Positions 58,650 through 64,000 of a stretch of DNA of 64,000 nucleotides are shown in pieces. The position numbers and the translations under genes are program-made. The notes beneath the pieces were generated by a model. That model was not told where the DNA came from and searched no databases. It saw nothing but the letters and a program-made list of their open reading frames with translations. This DNA is from an uncultured virus (IMG/VR IMGVR_UViG_3300042549_007806) (lineage: Duplodnaviria; Heunggongvirae; Uroviricota; Caudoviricetes): IMG/VR virus record IMGVR_UViG_3300042549_007806; one strand, given 5' to 3'. Numbering within the stretch: the first letter of the stretch is position 1; each line of letters starts with the position of its first letter.

Positions 58650-59615
58650 TTATAATCCAAATCTCGATTTTTGTGCGTTAAAGTTTTGTAATATTTCAGC
58701 ATCGCTTAATACCCTATTATATACTTGAGCAATTGCAATTCTACCTCCAAAAACATTAGAACCTGTACCATAAGCACCGACAAGTATTTCACTACCACCA
58801 TTAAATGTTGATGTACTACTAGAAGTTGACTCAGACGCGCCATTTACATATAATTTCCATCCTGTGGTTGTGTTAAAAGTAACAGCACCAAAATACCAAG
58901 TGTTTAAAGATAAAGAAGTCGTACTTACAACGGTTGACCACTGTCCGTTGTGACCGGCATGTAGTTTATTTGTACCCGCTAACCAAAAAGCATGTTGACC
59001 ATTATTACCACCACTAATTATGTTATAAAGATAACTGGTTATATAGAACCATGAGATTTTTGTATAAGTACTATATGAAAGTATATTAGCATTGGAATTA
59101 ACTACAACACAATCATTAACACCATCAAATACGATACTACCTCCGTTTGAGGAGTTAAAAGTGGGCCCATTGGTTAATGTCCCATCATTAACCCCATACG
59201 ACAAATCATACCATGTGGTTCCTGAAGTGGTGTATGACGGGGTAAATCCCGCATCCAAGTTCAAAATTAAACCATTAGAACTAATAGCATCATAATCTCT
59301 ATTAACACAAACATAATTTGTTTGCGTTGCATACCAATTTAAACATTGCGTAGCGGTATTAAAATTTTGACCTGAAACTCCATTTGTATATGCGATAAGT
59401 GCAGCATCGTTATTTGCAGAATGAAAACTCAACCTAGATACCTGACTTGCATTATATGAATATATTGTGTAACCACCGGCAGAAGGAGTAACCCCATTAT
59501 AATATGTTGTTGCACTTGAAGGTCCTTTTCCAACATCACCAACACCAAAGAATATATTACCCTTCTTTAATGAGAGTGTATCACCTGTGGTTGAATATTT
59601 AATTGCGTTTGGCAT
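58650..59615 (-). CDS. LamG/concanavalin-like domain virion protein
   Basis: LILNLDAG..SY..SGTTWYDLS, FDGVND, LYVNG, YNRVLSDAEILQNFNA; late motif at 59631-59638. Confidence 0.8.
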   Translation of the reverse strand: MPNAIKYSTTGDTLSLKKGNIFFGVGDVGKGPSSATTYYNGVTPSAGGYTIYSYNASQVSRLSFHSANNDAALIAYTNGVSGQNFNTATQCLNWYATQTNYVCVNRDYDAISSNGLILNLDAGFTPSYTTSGTTWYDLSYGVNDGTLTNGPTFNSSNGGSIVFDGVNDCVVVNSNANILSYSTYTKISWFYITSYLYNIISGGNNGQHAFWLAGTNKLHAGHNGQWSTVVSTTSLSLNTWYFGAVTFNTTTGWKLYVNGASESTSSSTSTFNGGSEILVGAYGTGSNVFGGRIAIAQVYNRVLSDAEILQNFNAQKSRFGL

Positions 59616-59641
59616 CTAATCTTTTATTAGATAAATACCAA

Positions 59642-60571
59642 CTAAATCAATTCTATTACCTTATTATAAACTTGAATTACCGATGGGTGACATTCAAAAG
59701 TTTCTTTTCTTTCTAAACAACCCACTAAAGATGGGACCCCTTGTATTGTACCCCATTCTCTAACCCCGTATTTAACATCCGACGCACAATTTAATCCACA
59801 ACCACCTCTAACATAATGATATTTATATTCTTGGGATCCGTGTCTGTATGGTGATCTAAATTCAGGATTTATTGAACTTCCTAATTGTAATATTTCGCAA
59901 TCTGTAGTCCCTGCCAAATGTAAAAGACCTGAATCCATTGTTACAAAACAAGAACAGTTATTTAATAAATGCCAAGTCTGATCTAAACTTGTTTGATTCA
60001 TCAAGTTATAACCAATTTTAATTGGGAAATTAAAAATAGGTTTGTCAACATTTGAACCACCTAATTCAGAAGAATCTTTACCTACGGAAATAACATAAAT
60101 TCCTTTTTCATTTAATAACTGAGTTAACATTTGCCAATTTTTTGCAGTCCAAGTTCTCGAATCCCAATTTTGTACAGGATGGATTAAAACATATTTTTTT
60201 GGTAAATCAGGGAGGATAACATCTCTTGGGAAATAATCTAAAGTCATTTCATCTTTATTTAACATAAACCCTAAAGAGATCGCATGAAACTGTCTTATAT
60301 CCATGGCATTATGTTTATTACATATACCATCAGATTTATATGAAATATCAAATGTATTAATTACATGGTACATTTCTTTTAATTGATCCTGATTTGTAGA
60401 ACCATCAAAAATATTTTCCACATATGGATTTGATTGAAATAACTCAGGTATGTTAGTTATTATAGATATTTTTTTACCATAAGAATTATATAGTTTTTTA
60501 ATTGTTGGTGTCGAGCATAGTGTGTCCCCTAATGCTCTACAACCAGTTATATCTAAACATATTTCTTTCAC
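59642..60571 (-). CDS. GT9 heptosyltransferase-like glycosyltransferase
   Basis: ALGDTLCSTPTI, FVTMDSGLLHLAGT. Confidence 0.75.
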   Translation of the reverse strand: MKEICLDITGCRALGDTLCSTPTIKKLYNSYGKKISIITNIPELFQSNPYVENIFDGSTNQDQLKEMYHVINTFDISYKSDGICNKHNAMDIRQFHAISLGFMLNKDEMTLDYFPRDVILPDLPKKYVLIHPVQNWDSRTWTAKNWQMLTQLLNEKGIYVISVGKDSSELGGSNVDKPIFNFPIKIGYNLMNQTSLDQTWHLLNNCSCFVTMDSGLLHLAGTTDCEILQLGSSINPEFRSPYRHGSQEYKYHYVRGGCGLNCASDVKYGVREWGTIQGVPSLVGCLERKETFECHPSVIQVYNKVIELI

Positions 60572-60623
60572 ATTATAAGAATAAGATACTTCACAATTAA
60601 AATCTATATTTTATTTTTTTACT

Positions 60624-63560
60624 ATGGAAAAAATTACACTTCTTTATTTAACTCCCCACCTTTCAACAGGAGGGATGCCACAGTTTGTACTCAAAAGAAT
60701 CGAGTCTCTTAAAAAACATTCAGATAAAATTGAAATAGTAGTTGTTGAATATTCACAATTTAGTGACACATATGTTGTACAAAGAAACAAAATCATAAAT
60801 CTAATTGGTCAACACAACTTTTATAGTTTAGGTGATACTACAGATACACAAAAAAAGTATGATTTAATAAAAATCATAAAAGATAGAAATATTGATATTG
60901 TTCACGCAGAAGAGATACCTGAGGCGTTCGAAAGTTTTAATAGGATACCTATAGATCTTTTGAATAAACTTTATGATAATTTTAGAACTTGGAAAATTGT
61001 TGAGACATGTCACAATGTTTGGTTTGATGCAAATAACAAAAAGAAACTACATCCTGATTATTATTGTTTAGTTACGCCGTATCATGAAAAAGTATCGTTT
61101 AATCAAACGATATCACCAAAAAAACTTTTAATGTTCCCATACGAAGATAAAGTAAAACCAATTTTAGAGGAACTTGAAATATATTATGAAGATCACAGAA
61201 TTCCACTATTAAAAAAAATGACCGAAAGAACTAATTTGGGAATCGACCCAACGAAGACACATATTTTAAATGTTGGTCTTTGGACGGAAGGTAAAAATCA
61301 AAAAGAGGGTATTGAGGTGGCAAGACTTTTACAGGATTCACACCCAAACTTACATTTCCATTTTGTTGGAAATCAAGCACCTAACTTCGAAAACTATTGG
61401 GGTCCTATCATGAATAATTTACCCAAAAATGTTACAGTTTGGGGAGAAAGAAATGATGTGGACTCATTTATGATGTCTTGTGATGTTCTCATGTTTAATT
61501 CGACATGGGAATGTAATCCACTTGTAGTAAGAGAAGCGGTCAACTATGGAATGAAAATTTTAACAAGAAATTTACCACAATACATGGGAATGTTTGATAA
61601 CTACATTACTAGTATTGCAAATGAAGACACATTTGAAAGTATTTCCGAAAAATTAGTTTCAGTCATTAATTCAGAAAGTTCTTATAAAATTGAAAGTGGT
61701 TATGATTTTGGTGATGAGTTAATGTCATTTTATACTGAAGTTAAAAACACACCACATATGGGGAATCAACCAATAAAAAATGATTATACGGTTAACCAAC
61801 ATTTTGTTGTAAATCCATACATTGAAATTTTAGGTGATTCAACAAATGACATGGAAATATCGGTTTATGATAATCAAAATAATGAGTTGGTGTACACAAA
61901 CAAATTACCAATAAAACATTGGGTAAAATTAAATCGTGAATATTTCACAGAATGGAGAACCGAAATAAAAGAAAATGGTGAAACATTTTATTTTGATATT
62001 TTGAGTTTAAAAAATAGAAGAGTTTATATTTCATTTGGGTCCAAATCTTTGGGTGACACAATGGCTTGGATCCCTTATTGCGAAGAGTTCAGAAAAAAAC
62101 ATAATTGCCATTTGATTGCATCAACATTTATGAATGAGCTATTTGTTGATCAGTATTCCGAAATAGAATTTGTAAAACCTGGTGATTCAGTTAATAACAT
62201 CTATGCACAATATAGATTAGGTTGGTTCTATAATGAAGATGGGACCTTCAATTCAAATGTACATAAAAATGATATTCGAAGACAGCCACTTCAAAAAACA
62301 GCAACAGATATATTGGGGTTAGATTATATTGAAATCAGACCAAACCTTAATCTACCAAAAGTTGAAAAAAGAAAAAAGGTTGGTATAGGATTTCATTCCA
62401 CGGCACAATCAAAGTATTGGAACAACCCGAATGGATGGCAAGAAGTTGTAGATTATTTAAATAATTTGGGGTATGAGTGTATGATATACTCAAGAGAAGG
62501 TGATGGTTACATGGGTAATAATTACCCAAAAGGCGTAACAATCTATAAAGGTGGAAACTTACAAGAAGTGATTAATGATTTATCTACATGTGAGTTTTTT
62601 ATAGGTTTAGGTTCAGGATTAAGTTGGTTGGCTTGGGCTTGTGAATTACCTGTGGTTTTAATCTCAGGGTTTAGTGAAAAATGGGCGGAAACAACTTTAG
62701 ATACTTACAGAGTTATTAACGAAAATGTTTGTCATGGATGTTTTAATTCAGAAAGATTAGATGCGGGTGATTGGAACTGGTGTCCGTTACATAAAAATAC
62801 AGACAGAATGTTTGAGTGTACCAAAAGAATAAGCTCCGATATGGTAGTAAAAGAAATAAATAAAATAATAAATAAAGAAGTGGTTGAAGAAAGAAAAAAT
62901 AAATTAGAAGGATTTGATTGGGGTGGAAAAGATAATTGGTATGTTGACGCAACAATTGAAGAAATGGGTTATGGTAATATGTACGATAGATTTTTTACGG
63001 TTGAGGAAAATGATGTTGTTGTAGACTTAGGGGGGTCTTTAGGTCCGTTCACATATTCAATTCTCCCTAATAACCCAAAACAGTGTTATGTTGTTGAACC
63101 CCTAAATTCTCAAGTTGAGGTTATCAAAAAAAATCTTAATAAACCTAATGTAAAAATTATTAGAGGTGCAATTACAGATAAAAAACATCTAACAATCACT
63201 TGGGACGATGTTTCTGAAAATGTACCAACATTTACATTTAAAGAGTTCTTAGAGGAAAATAATATAAACCATATTGATTTCTTAAAATGTGATTGTGAGG
63301 GAGGGGAATACGATGTATTTCAACCAAGTAATATTGAGTTTTTAAAAACCATACCAAAAATTGTAACTGAATTCCATATGAGGGTTAATGAGAATTTTCA
63401 TAACTGTAAGTTCAGATGGTTTAGAGATAATATACTACCACAATTTAATAACTATCAAGTTTTTTCTGTTGATGGTGTTGATATTAAATGGGATTTATGG
63501 AATGACCATTTCTTGGATTGGTATTGTGAAGTAATAATTTATATAGACAATAGAAACTAA
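60624..63560 (+). CDS. Fusion: GT4 + autotransporter O-heptosyltransferase (Aah/TibC family) + FkbM methyltransferase
   Basis: PHLSTGGMPQ...KNQ...ECNPLV; SLGDTMAW, STAQSKYWNN, IGLGSGLSWLAW, VCHGCFN, WCP, FECTK; VVVDLGG, IDFLKCDCEGGEY. Confidence 0.85.
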   Translation: MEKITLLYLTPHLSTGGMPQFVLKRIESLKKHSDKIEIVVVEYSQFSDTYVVQRNKIINLIGQHNFYSLGDTTDTQKKYDLIKIIKDRNIDIVHAEEIPEAFESFNRIPIDLLNKLYDNFRTWKIVETCHNVWFDANNKKKLHPDYYCLVTPYHEKVSFNQTISPKKLLMFPYEDKVKPILEELEIYYEDHRIPLLKKMTERTNLGIDPTKTHILNVGLWTEGKNQKEGIEVARLLQDSHPNLHFHFVGNQAPNFENYWGPIMNNLPKNVTVWGERNDVDSFMMSCDVLMFNSTWECNPLVVREAVNYGMKILTRNLPQYMGMFDNYITSIANEDTFESISEKLVSVINSESSYKIESGYDFGDELMSFYTEVKNTPHMGNQPIKNDYTVNQHFVVNPYIEILGDSTNDMEISVYDNQNNELVYTNKLPIKHWVKLNREYFTEWRTEIKENGETFYFDILSLKNRRVYISFGSKSLGDTMAWIPYCEEFRKKHNCHLIASTFMNELFVDQYSEIEFVKPGDSVNNIYAQYRLGWFYNEDGTFNSNVHKNDIRRQPLQKTATDILGLDYIEIRPNLNLPKVEKRKKVGIGFHSTAQSKYWNNPNGWQEVVDYLNNLGYECMIYSREGDGYMGNNYPKGVTIYKGGNLQEVINDLSTCEFFIGLGSGLSWLAWACELPVVLISGFSEKWAETTLDTYRVINENVCHGCFNSERLDAGDWNWCPLHKNTDRMFECTKRISSDMVVKEINKIINKEVVEERKNKLEGFDWGGKDNWYVDATIEEMGYGNMYDRFFTVEENDVVVDLGGSLGPFTYSILPNNPKQCYVVEPLNSQVEVIKKNLNKPNVKIIRGAITDKKHLTITWDDVSENVPTFTFKEFLEENNINHIDFLKCDCEGGEYDVFQPSNIEFLKTIPKIVTEFHMRVNENFHNCKFRWFRDNILPQFNNYQVFSVDGVDIKWDLWNDHFLDWYCEVIIYIDNRN

Positions 63561-64000
63561 TGGAATTTAAGGAAAACAAAATAGACCCGCAAAATTATTA
63601 TTGGTATCAAAATGGGTTTAGTAAGGAAGAATTAATCAAAGTACATGAAGGTGTTTCTAATTTACCATTCAGTGAAGCCACTGTTTTTGGAAATGATAAT
63701 CCTGAGATAATTAAAAAAATTAGAAGTTCGTCCGTTAAGTGGATACCAAAAACAGATGAGTGGATGTGGTTATATGAAAAACTACTCGACATGGCGAGCA
63801 CCGCAAACAGAGAGGTTTGGAAGTTTAATCTGATATCAGCTCCCGAGTTAATTCAGTATACCGAATATTATGACACCGCAGGTGGTCATTATGATTGGCA
63901 TCAAGATATTGGGCCCGGTATCGGATCAAGTAGAAAGGTTTCTTTGACCGTTCAACTTTCAGATCCAAGTGAGTATGATGGTGGAGATTTACAGTTATGG
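63560..64000 (+). CDS. 2OG-Fe(II) oxygenase, prolyl-hydroxylase/PKHD-like (runs off the window end; not in ORF track)
   Basis: MEFKENK...IRSSSVKW...IQYTEY...HYDWHQD...RKVSLTVQLSDPSEYDGGDL, with HxD motif. Confidence 0.85.
   Translation, partial: MEFKENKIDPQNYYWYQNGFSKEELIKVHEGVSNLPFSEATVFGNDNPEIIKKIRSSSVKWIPKTDEWMWLYEKLLDMASTANREVWKFNLISAPELIQYTEYYDTAGGHYDWHQDIGPGIGSSRKVSLTVQLSDPSEYDGGDLQLW

Noticed and set aside
372..59638. Canonical T4 TATAAATA promoters firing the opposite way
   Set aside because: The motif is consistently TATTTAT relative to the adjacent downstream gene on both strands; the T4 orientation would mostly point antisense into upstream genes
2673..63801. Many 60-156 aa ORFs antisense or out of frame to long genes (e.g. 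7867, 9106, 30504, 39184, 41733, 57877, 63607)
   Set aside because: Shadow ORFs of real genes, low complexity, no independent start context
1..64000. Alternative genetic code (TAG or TGA recoding) as in some large phages
   Set aside because: Conserved genes are full length in the standard code, and TAG and TGA both end genes at tight junctions (e.g. polB, 8981)

Overview
All 64 kb reads as part of an AT-rich, T4-superfamily-like jumbo phage genome in the standard genetic code. The host is probably a Bacteroidota: TTTG-N18-20-TAnnTTTG promoters, almost no Shine-Dalgarno sites, Q-rule signal peptides, a Bacteroidia-type bS21 and a Bacteroidota-style tmRNA resume site. Contents: partial SOD, neck protein, family B DNA polymerase, a late operon with a stand-alone WYL protein, a ~18 kb glycan cluster (many glycosyltransferases plus gmd/colD/colC-like GDP-colitose genes), PhoH, a gp55-like sigma factor, a gp5-like spike, the head module (MCP, scaffold, protease, portal, terminase) with an embedded bS21, an NTase, KTSC, a ClpC-like ATPase, a peptidase, tmRNA, LamG/PT-linker fibre proteins, a GT4-TibC/Aah-FkbM fusion and a partial 2OG-Fe(II) oxygenase. 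Most notable: (1) two paralogous convergent cassettes around the tmRNA, each pairing an early exported protein with a late protein carrying a shared LTESDL leader; (2) a possible virion O-glycosylation system (heptosyltransferase, colitose pathway, [ST]G-x-[TS] motifs in virion proteins); (3) a TATTTAT late-promoter motif, four times exactly 4 nt before an ATG; (4) bS21 with the only strong SD noticed. All calls come from motif recognition by eye; no searches were run.
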